Under the pieces are notes generated by a model that did no database searches, was not told the origin of the DNA, and saw only the letters and a list, made by a program, of their open reading frames with translations. A DNA stretch of 64,000 bases from a virus: the IMG/VR virus record IMGVR_UViG_3300030333_002512, positions 1 to 64,000 of that record, one strand, 5' to 3'. Numbering within the stretch: position 1 is the first letter of the stretch; each line of letters opens with the position of its first letter. Both the position numbers and the translations under genes were made by a program. Positions 1-9,380 of the stretch are shown here, one piece after another.

Positions 1-872
1 CTACCAACGTAATAGTTAGCATCGGCAATATCTGATTTCTCGTATGTCACTTCCAAAGCGAAGGAAGGCAGTGTGTCACCATTTGCCTCTTGAAAATTGT
101 ATGTCCAATATCCAGTATTGGATTCTGTTACCTGTTGCCTAGTATCATCCCATACGCTTGAACCATAAGTATCTGTTTTGTCTTGTGGTGGATATTCCTT
201 ACCACCTAGAATTCTAAGGATTTTATCATTAGTCAAATCCACGGCATAGCCATTTCCTGACGGCACTGCTCCAGCCGAGGCTAATGTGTGATTAGTATTT
301 GCTAGTGTGTAGTTGCCCAAGGCATAGTATAACCAAGACCCGTTGTTTACGGAGAAGTCTATTGAACCACCACTTACGGTTTCTGCTGCCTTGAATTGAT
401 ACTCTACATTCCTAGTTGCGGAACCTGCTAGATTCACTTGCTTGACTTCAACTTCCACGTTAGGAGGAGTAAGAGTAGTTACCAGTCCTAACCAGTTATC
501 TGCTAATAGAGTAGGCTTACCTGTGATTACAGGAGGTGCAGGACAAGGTGCGCCAAATCCGTAGATTGTGACATCTATTGCGTCTTCAGAGTTAGCCCCG
601 GCCACATCTTCTGCGAAGGTTATTGTGGTAGTGGTATTGCTCTTGATTAGATAGGTTCCTTTCTTAGTCGAGTTACCATCTATCTTAGCCATGCAACCAA
701 CATAGAGATTGGGAACTAAGTGTGTGACCGTGGAATCTGCTACGGTTACTGTCGTTAAATCAGAAGCGGCGATAGTGCAATTTTCCAAGTAAATGTCGCT
801 TTCCGGTATCATCGTTGCCGTTGATAATGCGCCTGTAAATACTTCATTTGCTAGAGTGTTTGTCGTTGCCAT
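1..872 (-). CDS. Major tail tube protein (3' end runs off the window)
   Basis: Hand-translated from ATG at 872 (MATTNTLANEVFTG...GGSIDFSVNNGSWLYYALG...YNFQEANGDTLPSFALEV). The G-x-x-x-F...WLYYALG...LPSFxLE pattern is typical of tail tube proteins. GGTGAG RBS upstream; lies just after the neck genes. Confidence 0.7.
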   Translation of the reverse strand, partial: MATTNTLANEVFTGALSTATMIPESDIYLENCTIAASDLTTVTVADSTVTHLVPNLYVGCMAKIDGNSTKKGTYLIKSNTTTTITFAEDVAGANSEDAIDVTIYGFGAPCPAPPVITGKPTLLADNWLGLVTTLTPPNVEVEVKQVNLAGSATRNVEYQFKAAETVSGGSIDFSVNNGSWLYYALGNYTLANTNHTLASAGAVPSGNGYAVDLTNDKILRILGGKEYPPQDKTDTYGSSVWDDTRQQVTESNTGYWTYNFQEANGDTLPSFALEVTYEKSDIADANYYVG

Positions 873-880
873 CTGCTCAC

Positions 881-1417
881 CTAAACGCTTCGTGCGAACC
901 GCTTCATCTCCACCGACAACTTGTAGCCCAATAAGCGTTTCTTTCGGTCATTGGCTTCGCTTCTACCAGTCAATTTGATTATATCTGCATCTTCCTCCAC
1001 TGTTCCGGAGGAGCCACCACCAACGTAAACCGTTGGCTTGAGAGAATTATTCTCCAATATGTATCGCACTATTCGATATAGGGATTGTAGCCTATCCCTA
1101 GCGGTTGTGTTGTTTGCGAAATCCCTACGAGCCAATACGCGGATATGAATTGTGAATGTGAAATCCTCATTCCTAACAGTATGGTCAATGGTCGGATAAT
1201 TGGTCGAACTGCTTTCCTCATAGATTATCACTATGGCACTATCTGAATCAGCATCAACTCTTCTTCCCTCATTTGGCTCTATTGAGCGAACATCAATTAT
1301 CTTAGGAAGACTGATGCTACTGTGTAGTTTACCTGCGCTATACAAGGTCGAAGCAGCAGAAGCCCAATTGTCACTCAAAAGGCGATTGATGAATGTCACT
1401 TCATCAAGTATTGCCAT
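881..1417 (-). CDS. Putative tail terminator / neck protein
   Basis: 178 aa directly upstream of the tail tube gene; position and size fit. Confidence 0.45.
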   Translation of the reverse strand: MAILDEVTFINRLLSDNWASAASTLYSAGKLHSSISLPKIIDVRSIEPNEGRRVDADSDSAIVIIYEESSSTNYPTIDHTVRNEDFTFTIHIRVLARRDFANNTTARDRLQSLYRIVRYILENNSLKPTVYVGGGSSGTVEEDADIIKLTGRSEANDRKKRLLGYKLSVEMKRFARSV

Positions 1418-1598
1418 CTCTAATCATCTCCACTACTTTTCCTAGAAACACCTTTTGGAATGTCAGTAATCCTTGGTTGAATGCCTCATCCTCTGATAAT
1501 GCGAATTCTGCATAGCCTGAATTCAAGAGTATTTCATTTCTCTCGATTTCTCTAGCAATCAATTCATCCTTCAATTTGTTTAGATTCTCAACTGTCAT
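1404..1598 (-). CDS. Hypothetical protein (neck region)
   Basis: 64-aa ORF tightly packed in the operon. Confidence 0.5.
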   Translation of the reverse strand: MTVENLNKLKDELIAREIERNEILLNSGYAEFALSEDEAFNQGLLTFQKVFLGKVVEMIRDGNT

Positions 1599-1602
1599 AC
1601 TA

Positions 1603-2709
1603 TCACGTTATGAAATGGACAATGTTCTTCTTGCCTTGAATTATCTTATTGGCCTCTTCAATGAGAATGTCATGCTTATCCTTTAGACTGATATTAGATT
1701 CTGTTTCTGCTATCAGGATAGAGTTATCATCATGCCTTATGATTTCAGCCGCTACCAATTTGGTTGCTGCTTCGTGAATGGGAGCAGGGACTCTTCCATC
1801 CCCTGCAACATAGGTGACTCTAATGGAGTTGTTCTGTAGGTATGGATACTCTTCATGGAAGAAAATCTTACCTTCATCACTAATCATCCAAAAATCATCT
1901 AATCTGCCTTGGTCTTCATGTGCGGTGAATCCGACAACAGAACCAACTGCGGCATTGCTATTATCAGTATCAACCGAAGTTATCGTGCAACTAGAGCCAT
2001 CGGTTCCTAGAAGCAATGAGGATATTACCACAGTCTTGCCATCTTCACTGTCTGTAGTAGCATAGAAGAAATCAGATATATTCACATTGGCATTGCCATT
2101 TGCAGTGACGGATTTAGCAGCAGTTTCCCCTGTAAACTTGGCAGTCTTAGTAGGGAACACTTCGTTTATTGCATCCACTAACTGGCTTGCTGTTGTCTTA
2201 GGCCCAAAGGTATCATAGAAATGTGTCCCTTCCACTAAGTCAAATGTGTATGTCCCTGCGGTTAATCTGATTCTCCAACTGACGCTACTACCAGTAGCCG
2301 AATCAGGTAGGGTAATCTTAGCAGTAGCAGAAGCCAAATCGGTGTAGGAATCTCCTTGCCACACTTCTAGTCTGACAACCTTCTGAACCTTTGGATATGA
2401 CAACTGGACAAACCCAACGTAGTCCTTCCAGACCTTAACAGGATAGAGACTCTTAGCCATGGCATCAAATGAGTGAAACTCATCCTTGTGAATAATAGGC
2501 CTGTAGGTTTGCTTAATGGAATCATCAATTTTCTCCTCAGCCCTCTTTATCAATTTTCCAACTTCTACTAGGTTAGGAGTAGTAGAAGCCGTGAAGTTTC
2601 CGATTTGCAATAGATTAGAGATGTCTTCTGCGCGAGTATAATGGCCATTACCTGATGCGTAATTCACATTTATCGTAGTGAAATCACTAGGGGAACTTAC
2701 CTTGCCCAT
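1603..2709 (-). CDS. Putative head-tail adaptor with beta-rich insertion
   Basis: N-terminal Y-T-x-x-E-D-I...LIKRAEEKID and C-terminal IRVTYVAG...VPAPIHEAATKLVA match the gp6/gp15-like adaptor pattern. Confidence 0.6.
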   Translation of the reverse strand: MGKVSSPSDFTTINVNYASGNGHYTRAEDISNLLQIGNFTASTTPNLVEVGKLIKRAEEKIDDSIKQTYRPIIHKDEFHSFDAMAKSLYPVKVWKDYVGFVQLSYPKVQKVVRLEVWQGDSYTDLASATAKITLPDSATGSSVSWRIRLTAGTYTFDLVEGTHFYDTFGPKTTASQLVDAINEVFPTKTAKFTGETAAKSVTANGNANVNISDFFYATTDSEDGKTVVISSLLLGTDGSSCTITSVDTDNSNAAVGSVVGFTAHEDQGRLDDFWMISDEGKIFFHEEYPYLQNNSIRVTYVAGDGRVPAPIHEAATKLVAAEIIRHDDNSILIAETESNISLKDKHDILIEEANKIIQGKKNIVHFIT

Positions 2710-5408
2710 CAGACCACACCCTCAACTATTTGTTTCAAATCCACATACTCCTCATAAACTGCAATTAAATCCATGGCATCTTGTCTTGCTTCATCTCTAT
2801 CTCGGTTGCCATATGCTTGCAACCTTCCATATTCATCTTTAACCTTCTTGTCTTCTTTACCGGGAATCTTTACAAGTTTCGTTTTGCCTGTGGGTATCCT
2901 TTCATCACCAAATCGAGTTCCTTCTCTATATGGATTTGACCCACCTTTTGCACTGCTCCTCCAAGGTTCAGAACGTATTGCTCTTGTGTCTATTTTCATC
3001 TTTTCTTTGATACCTGTAGAAGCAATCCAAATGAAAGGAATATCCAATGATTTACCCTTCTCTCCTAGTTCTGTTTCTGCTTCAGTGGCAATGTGTCTCC
3101 AACCGCCTTTTTCAGTAGTCATTAGCCAATCTTCAATCCACTCGGCTACTCCTTCTCTACCTTCATTTGTTTCTTCATACATTAAGTGATAATTAACCGA
3201 GCCTTTGTCAAGTGGTTTGATTTCCTTTACCTTCTTTTTTGTTGGCTTCTTCTTACCTTTTTCTTGGATTTCTATTTCCTTTGGTTTGGTGTCCTTACTT
3301 AGAGCATCCTCAAGTTTGTTTAGTCCACCAATAATCAAAGTTGAAATTCTTCTCAAATTCTTTCTGTATTTTTCAACTTCTGCTGGATTAGTTGGTAAAT
3401 CCCCTTTGATGTTCAAATATCTAGAGACACTTCGAACGGCTTCGAATTCATCACCTTCTTTGGTAGGTGCTAATTTTCTTCTAACATTCCCACCATAATC
3501 CATTTCTCCCCTATGCATGGCCTTTACACCTAATGACTTTCCATATTGTTTGGTGTTCTCATCATACTCAAACCAAATAGGTTCACCATTGGGGTCGGTG
3601 ACATATTTTGGGGCTGCGGAGTATCCTCCTTCTTGCACTTTGTTCAAGTCATCTTGTAGTTTGCTTCGTAGAACATCTATCTTCCCCAATGTGTCTCGTA
3701 TCTGCATTCTTGGTCTTCTCTCATCAGGTAATTTAGTGAATTCACCTGTATTAACAACGATGTCAAACTTACCAATTCCACTACCAAATAGAGAACCTAA
3801 CATTTTATCGAAGAAATCTTCTTCTTCTAATCCCTCAGTCAGTTCTTCTATGGTGATTTTAGCATTCTTAATGTCTTCAAATGCATCGAATACTCTTGTT
3901 GCATGTCTAATTAATTTATCTCTGTCTTTTTCAAAGTCTGTTTTTTTCTTTGGATTTTTCGAGGGTTCAAAGGGTTGTTCCCCCCAATTCTTATCTGACA
4001 TTAGAAACCTACTAAAATCCTCAAGACTCTCTAAATGCTTAGTATAGGCTCGTAGTTCAATTTCAACCATACCAACCTCAATTAGATTATTCTGTGGTTT
4101 CAATGCTCCTTTTACTTCTTCTTTCAATCTAGTCTTTTTATTGTCATCTAATTGATTCTCAACCATTCTAGACAGATATTTCTGACTGAAATTCTCCTCT
4201 AAGAAATCGTTCAATCCATCATAAAAGTCTTCTACACTTGAAAACATCTTCTTCTTGGAATTGTAGTCTTGAATATAGAAACGGTTATTTTGAGTTTTTC
4301 CTATAATCACTAATGCATCTTCAATCGCACTCTTGTTTTTCGAATCCTTGGGAATATTTGCTGCCTTTCTTAGCATCTTTTCTACATCTTCCTTGAACCA
4401 ATTAGGGTCTAGGTGATTTGCAAGCATTGTATATGTCACATTATCAGGTTTGATGTTTCTTCTCTTTCTTGCTACAGCATTTCTTTCATCATCCTCGTCA
4501 ACGTCTTCTTGGCTATAGAACCACTTTCTAGCCTCTTCTTCCATCTTTTGTTTTTTACCGCTTCTGAGTTCTGCTGCTACAGCATCTTCATGTTCTTTTG
4601 ATGAGTCTTTTGTCTCACCCGTATCATCTTCACTTGTATCTCGAACCCCAAAGTAAAATTCTTCAGGGTCATTGAAATCACCAAAACCATTCTTGATGAA
4701 TAGTTTTCTGAAATATTCTCTTGTGTCAATGCGAATGGTTCTACCTTTGTATGTAGATGTGTCATTAACGTCAATTGATATGTAGTCCTTTAGTAAATTC
4801 TCAACTATTATTGCATATCCTTTATCGAAGGCATCCATGAAGTCAGAACTTCTGGATGAGTATAGTTTTGCCTTCTCCGGCTCACTTTGTCTAGCCCTAC
4901 TACTTTCTCCTGTTGATGTAGCCTTCCCTGTTCCTTTTTCATATCTGTATCCAAGAAGATTGTGTCTGATATTTTGAGAAGCCAATTTTACAAAACTAAT
5001 CCTATCCTTTTGCATTTCTCTTCTCAGACTATTACTGAAGAACCTGTTTTTTCCCTTTCCACCTTTCTTGAGGAACCCCTGTTGCTCTAACGCGGGAAGT
5101 ATTTTCATGATAGGAGTCTTTTCTAGAGTCTTCAAATAATGTATTAAATGGTCTTCAAATTCATCCTCATTTCTAATTCCATCATCAGCATCCAATTGAA
5201 TGAAAGTATTCATTATGCGTTCTGCATTCTTCATTTTATTTGTTGGATTCTGAACTACACTATGAAATGGATATGCGCAAAAATACCTGAAGAAAACTTG
5301 GTTGGAAAATAAATTGTCAAAGTTTCTTCTCAAATCAGCGTCTTCTAGAGTTGGTGCATATTCTAGTTGTTCTAAGCCCTTGATATCTCTAGTAATCGTT
5401 ATGGGCAT
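2709..5408 (-). CDS. Large hypothetical charged protein (899 aa)
   Basis: Long ORF with RBS; K/E-rich; no motif recognised. Confidence 0.7.
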   Translation of the reverse strand: MPITITRDIKGLEQLEYAPTLEDADLRRNFDNLFSNQVFFRYFCAYPFHSVVQNPTNKMKNAERIMNTFIQLDADDGIRNEDEFEDHLIHYLKTLEKTPIMKILPALEQQGFLKKGGKGKNRFFSNSLRREMQKDRISFVKLASQNIRHNLLGYRYEKGTGKATSTGESSRARQSEPEKAKLYSSRSSDFMDAFDKGYAIIVENLLKDYISIDVNDTSTYKGRTIRIDTREYFRKLFIKNGFGDFNDPEEFYFGVRDTSEDDTGETKDSSKEHEDAVAAELRSGKKQKMEEEARKWFYSQEDVDEDDERNAVARKRRNIKPDNVTYTMLANHLDPNWFKEDVEKMLRKAANIPKDSKNKSAIEDALVIIGKTQNNRFYIQDYNSKKKMFSSVEDFYDGLNDFLEENFSQKYLSRMVENQLDDNKKTRLKEEVKGALKPQNNLIEVGMVEIELRAYTKHLESLEDFSRFLMSDKNWGEQPFEPSKNPKKKTDFEKDRDKLIRHATRVFDAFEDIKNAKITIEELTEGLEEEDFFDKMLGSLFGSGIGKFDIVVNTGEFTKLPDERRPRMQIRDTLGKIDVLRSKLQDDLNKVQEGGYSAAPKYVTDPNGEPIWFEYDENTKQYGKSLGVKAMHRGEMDYGGNVRRKLAPTKEGDEFEAVRSVSRYLNIKGDLPTNPAEVEKYRKNLRRISTLIIGGLNKLEDALSKDTKPKEIEIQEKGKKKPTKKKVKEIKPLDKGSVNYHLMYEETNEGREGVAEWIEDWLMTTEKGGWRHIATEAETELGEKGKSLDIPFIWIASTGIKEKMKIDTRAIRSEPWRSSAKGGSNPYREGTRFGDERIPTGKTKLVKIPGKEDKKVKDEYGRLQAYGNRDRDEARQDAMDLIAVYEEYVDLKQIVEGVV

Positions 5409-5423
5409 CCATCAACCCCCCTC

Positions 5424-6110
5424 CTAAGCAAGCCATTTAGCCCAAGCAACTCCCTTGGATATTGCTTGTCCTAATCCCAAACCACTTGATGGAGGTGTGT
5501 ATGTAGGCTGACCCGTCATTGGGTCAATCCAGTATGGATTATTCATATTATCATAACCTGAAGGGGGTATTGGATAACCCGACTGGTTGTTCATTGCCAT
5601 CATTTGTGTATTCATTTGGTTGTTCATACCTACTGCTGCATTGCTGCCTTGTATCTGTGATGGGTCTAGTCCACCCGCGTTAGCAACCTGTGGAGCCTGT
5701 GCAGCAGGTGCTTGGAACCCTTGTGCCTCAAGATACTGTTGTTTAGCCATTCTCCTTTGCATGATTACTTCACTGTTTATTGCAGAAGCAAGTAGATTCT
5801 GTAGGTCTAGTTGAATGTTCTCAGCAGTTATGGTAGCATATTCTGCCAAAGCATCAGAAGATACTTCCATATCCCCATTAGTATTGGTCACGAATTTCAT
5901 CTTAGGCAACATTTGTCCCAATACCTTTTGCGTGACATCTTCCATTAATTGTGCCAAAGCCGCTAGGAAAGTCTCACCATGATATTGAAAGAAGTCCTCT
6001 ACATGGTTTTCTTGTAGCGTCAGCAGGTTGTTTATTGCCTTAAACTGGCCTTGCTGATGCTGGTTCATCTGATTCATTAAAGTTGTATTGCTAGTTCCGA
6101 AAAGTCCCAT
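5424..6110 (-). CDS. Q/N/M-rich protein with C-terminal amphipathic helix
   Basis: Low-complexity QNMP tail ending GLGLGQAISKGVAWAKWLA; coupled to the upstream ORF. Confidence 0.65.
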   Translation of the reverse strand: MGLFGTSNTTLMNQMNQHQQGQFKAINNLLTLQENHVEDFFQYHGETFLAALAQLMEDVTQKVLGQMLPKMKFVTNTNGDMEVSSDALAEYATITAENIQLDLQNLLASAINSEVIMQRRMAKQQYLEAQGFQAPAAQAPQVANAGGLDPSQIQGSNAAVGMNNQMNTQMMAMNNQSGYPIPPSGYDNMNNPYWIDPMTGQPTYTPPSSGLGLGQAISKGVAWAKWLA

Positions 6111-6799
6111 TATGATTCCTCCGTTTCCGTAGTCGCATCTGCGTCTACATCTGTGACGACAACGCCTTCAGTCAATAATGCTTTCATTCTAGAACTATTT
6201 GCTTCGCTTTCAATTAGAAGTCTAAATAGTTCTTCTTCCTTACTTATCTCACTCATTTGTGGTGGTTTGATTGTCCATCCTAGAGCAGACAAAGATTGAA
6301 TGTCACCTTGTTTCAGAGTAGTCAATGGTGCAGAACTTACTAGGTTTACAGGATTCAAACTCTTAGCAGAAGGGATATACGCACTGAATGACAGACCATG
6401 TTCCTCTGCTAGTATCTGTTGCTCTAACATCTCATACTGTCTGTGTATAGCAGCATGTTTCTCACAGTAGGTTCCTCTCATTGGATATCCCTTGCGAACC
6501 TTGTGAAGTGGTAATGGTGGTCGCATAGCATCATTGCCATCCCAAATCTTGTGAGTTCCACAAACTACACATCTATCCTTGATGTTATACTTGAATTTGT
6601 ATGGGAACTTTAGGAAAGTTTTCATCTCCGGTTTGAGTATCTGTATTATCTCTTTCAATTGTTTCTTTGGCTTTATGTTTTTGAATTCATAAGCCATAAT
6701 TGCTCCGGCGGCTCTAGCCGAATCCATTCTATTGAGAAACGGGTTTGTGCCGTTAGCGTTCATTTCTATCAAGTTCGAAGGCTGATATTGCATTGACAT
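6110..6799 (-). CDS. Zn-binding hypothetical protein
   Basis: CVVC...YCEKH motif; directly downstream of the GTPase. Confidence 0.6.
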   Translation of the reverse strand: MSMQYQPSNLIEMNANGTNPFLNRMDSARAAGAIMAYEFKNIKPKKQLKEIIQILKPEMKTFLKFPYKFKYNIKDRCVVCGTHKIWDGNDAMRPPLPLHKVRKGYPMRGTYCEKHAAIHRQYEMLEQQILAEEHGLSFSAYIPSAKSLNPVNLVSSAPLTTLKQGDIQSLSALGWTIKPPQMSEISKEEELFRLLIESEANSSRMKALLTEGVVVTDVDADATTETEES

Positions 6800-6815
6800 C
6801 TAATTTACTCCTCGG

Positions 6816-7487
6816 TTAGTAGTCCTTTATCATTGTTAGGATTCCCCTATATACCATTTCCGAATCAGATTTGGCACTTACTATGTATTTGAAACACGGA
6901 ATTCCCTTATCATTCAATTTCTGCATTCCATTTCTAAATGATTCAAAAATAGGATGTTTTTCTATTGGCCCATCGTGTTCATATTTATCCTTCCATAAAT
7001 CATATTTGTTTGCCCAAATACCTACAGCAATGGGGAAATCATGGTCACGCTTCTTTTTCTTTTTGTTTCCTATATGCCAATGTGGGGCGCAAATTGAATC
7101 CACTAGAAAAGTCCAACACAATTGTTGTTCGATATCATAGTGCTTATCCATGTGTCTGTCGTCAATCATGAAAATAACATACTTCACATGACGGCTTCTC
7201 ATGTCCTCTAACCATTCTTGCCAATATATCGTTTCCCCACCAATATCAGCAGTCTTGACAGTATGTGCATCACCATCTAGTTTGACGTATTTCCTAGTGG
7301 CCCTATGTCTCCCTTCCGTTCTATTGAGAATAGTCGGGACTTCTCCTCTTGTTCGCAATTGGTGATGTAATGTCGTCTTACCAACCTTACTAGCACCATA
7401 TACACCGAAGTTAATTGCATGGAGCCTTTGGTATAGTTTGTTTAGGCCTTCGACAATTAGTATGGCGAACCCCGCCATAACTGACAT
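6816..7487 (-). CDS. Small Ras/Arf-superfamily GTPase
   Basis: All G boxes are visible: G1 GASKVGKTT, G2 T (RAT), G3 DIGG, G4 NKYD, G5 SAK; hydrophobic N-terminal helix. Confidence 0.85.
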   Translation of the reverse strand: MSVMAGFAILIVEGLNKLYQRLHAINFGVYGASKVGKTTLHHQLRTRGEVPTILNRTEGRHRATRKYVKLDGDAHTVKTADIGGETIYWQEWLEDMRSRHVKYVIFMIDDRHMDKHYDIEQQLCWTFLVDSICAPHWHIGNKKKKKRDHDFPIAVGIWANKYDLWKDKYEHDGPIEKHPIFESFRNGMQKLNDKGIPCFKYIVSAKSDSEMVYRGILTMIKDY

Positions 7488-7491
7488 TCAA

Positions 7492-7716
7492 TCACCACAA
7501 ATGATGCCAAAAGTCCACTAAGCCATTCCATGCCCATGCAAGGGTGTTTATTCCCATTATTGCCATTGCTTGTCCTACAATGAAACTACACAAACATGCG
7601 GCGGCTCCCCACAAGTAGAATCTAGTTCGTAGAAACCAAATATCAGCAGAATGCGCTCTTTGTAAGTCGTATGCGAGAGTGGATTCATCCATTCCAAATA
7701 GGATTTCTCCAACCAA
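7492..7716 (-). CDS. Small membrane protein
   Basis: Hydrophobic segment FYLWGAAACLCSFIVGQAMAIMGI followed by a Trp-rich amphipathic tail. Confidence 0.6.
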   Translation of the reverse strand: MVGEILFGMDESTLAYDLQRAHSADIWFLRTRFYLWGAAACLCSFIVGQAMAIMGINTLAWAWNGLVDFWHHLW

Positions 7717-7724
7717 TCTAACAC

Positions 7725-8162
7725 CTACTGATTATCTATAGGCGTTAAGAAAGTGGGACTCACTAGTTGTTGTTCCTCACCTACAACTGGTGGGGTAAAC
7801 GTTGGGAGGTTAGAGTCTCCGTAAACAGGTGGTGTTGGAATATTGAAATTCTGATTGAATTGTCTCATGGAATCCCTAACCCTCTTTCGGTTCTCTTCTT
7901 CTCTAGCCTTTCTACTCCAATAGGAATCTATTCTCCTTTGTAGTAGCCACTCCTCAATGTAGTCATTCATGAACAAGTCGAAGAATGCCTTGAGACACAT
8001 TATGCCCCCGACAGTTAGAATCCCAAAGAGAATGGCGTGTTCAATTGCACCATATGGGAAAGTAATTCCGTATTGTGAATACCAAAATATGTTAGAACCA
8101 CTTACTGCTCCAACGAAAAGGATAGTCATTACTAGCCTTGTATCTGTGTCAATGCTTGGCAT
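7725..8162 (-). CDS. Two-TM membrane protein
   Basis: Two hydrophobic helices then a charged tail; start re-set to ATG 8162 (TGATG overlap). Confidence 0.65.
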   Translation of the reverse strand: MPSIDTDTRLVMTILFVGAVSGSNIFWYSQYGITFPYGAIEHAILFGILTVGGIMCLKAFFDLFMNDYIEEWLLQRRIDSYWSRKAREEENRKRVRDSMRQFNQNFNIPTPPVYGDSNLPTFTPPVVGEEQQLVSPTFLTPIDNQ

Positions 8163-8443
8163 CACACCCACTCCAAGGAATAAGTTCCGGTTCCAGTGAC
8201 ATCAACATATAGACCCTCAGCACATATGCGACCATGCATATCATACTCTAGAGAGCCATTGGATGCTAGAACCATTCTAGCAATTTCCACTTTACCAGAA
8301 GTAGTTGCAGTTCCGGAATCCCATACTTGAACCGTAAAGGTGGAACCAGATGCATTTGTTGCGTGAATGCTTTTTAGGGCGCATCTTCCAACATATGCAA
8401 CTGCATCAGTTGATTTGACTCCACTCCCTACACAGTTTGCCAT
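8162..8443 (-). CDS. Small beta-rich virion-type protein
   Basis: 93 aa, G/S/T-rich, in the capsid operon. Confidence 0.5.
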   Translation of the reverse strand: MANCVGSGVKSTDAVAYVGRCALKSIHATNASGSTFTVQVWDSGTATTSGKVEIARMVLASNGSLEYDMHGRICAEGLYVDVTGTGTYSLEWV

Positions 8444-8926
8444 CTAAAGGCCACCCTTCCCTTCTGATAGCCTCTTGATGAGGTCTGCTTTTTTACCTTC
8501 CGTAGAACTTTTTCTTTCCTCTAGAAGTTTCTTGAGTTCCTTAACGGTCAAATCTTCTAGTTTAGGGGGGAGAGGCTCTAGTTCAGGCTCAACTACTTCT
8601 TCTTTAGGTTCAGGAGCCTTCACTTCCTTTGCTGCCTTTTTCTCCGCCTTTTTCTTTGCGGCTTTATCCTTATCTCGGAAAAGCCCACGGTCTAATGAAA
8701 GACCTTCGGGGAGCCTCAGAATCTTAGCATACTTATGCTGCTTGTCCGGACTCAAATCCTTCATGTCACGGCGGTCTTTATCAGTCCACTCGATTACGAC
8801 TCCCGAATCACCCACTAGTCTCCTAGCATATCTAAACGGGATTTCCGTGAAATGCGTTGTTATTTCGTATCTCCCATGCAAGATAACGGGTTCACTTTTC
8901 ATTCTTCTCAATCTTACCTTTGCCAT
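8444..8926 (-). CDS. SAP (HeH) domain protein
   Basis: C-terminal LEDLTVKELKKLLEERKSSTEGKKADLIKRL is a canonical SAP motif. Confidence 0.8.
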   Translation of the reverse strand: MAKVRLRRMKSEPVILHGRYEITTHFTEIPFRYARRLVGDSGVVIEWTDKDRRDMKDLSPDKQHKYAKILRLPEGLSLDRGLFRDKDKAAKKKAEKKAAKEVKAPEPKEEVVEPELEPLPPKLEDLTVKELKKLLEERKSSTEGKKADLIKRLSEGKGGL

Positions 8927-8954
8927 TCTTCATACCTCACGGTTTAGGGGGGTA

Positions 8955-8990
8955 ATACCCCCCTGCCCCAACAAATAGGGCAGGGAGGCA
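8955..8990 (-). terminator. Hairpin downstream of the capsid/decoration genes
   Basis: CCCTGCCC-caacaaata-GGGCAGGG inverted repeat in the 8927-9005 gap. Confidence 0.45.
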
Positions 8991-9005
8991 CTACTTTACG
9001 TTTGC

Positions 9006-9365
9006 TCAAAGGTTTCCGTATGCGCGTATTCTTACTGCGCCTGTGGTTCCGTCAGTTGCTCCAACGTTTCCACTAGCGGAAATAGTGCTAACCAGTTTGA
9101 AAGACGTATTGCTTTCGTATGCTCCGGTTTCGGCTGCTATCTTCACCACTACATCATTCAGGGTCTTATGGTTTGTATCAACTTCTCGCCCGGTAATCAA
9201 GACGCAGTTGATGAAACTAAGACCTAGTTCCGATGCAGTCACTACTTCTCCTTGTGCTGTGTATGCGCTGATGTCTATAGTAGCATCTACTACATACTCC
9301 TGTCCTTGCACCTTAGAGGCAGCAAGTCCCAAATGGTTCTTGTGAATGACGGTTGTGTGTGTCAT
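9006..9365 (-). CDS. Putative capsid decoration/minor head protein
   Basis: 119 aa, beta-rich, immediately after MCP. Confidence 0.5.
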   Translation of the reverse strand: MTHTTVIHKNHLGLAASKVQGQEYVVDATIDISAYTAQGEVVTASELGLSFINCVLITGREVDTNHKTLNDVVVKIAAETGAYESNTSFKLVSTISASGNVGATDGTTGAVRIRAYGNL

Positions 9366-9380
9366 TTAATCACCAACCAA

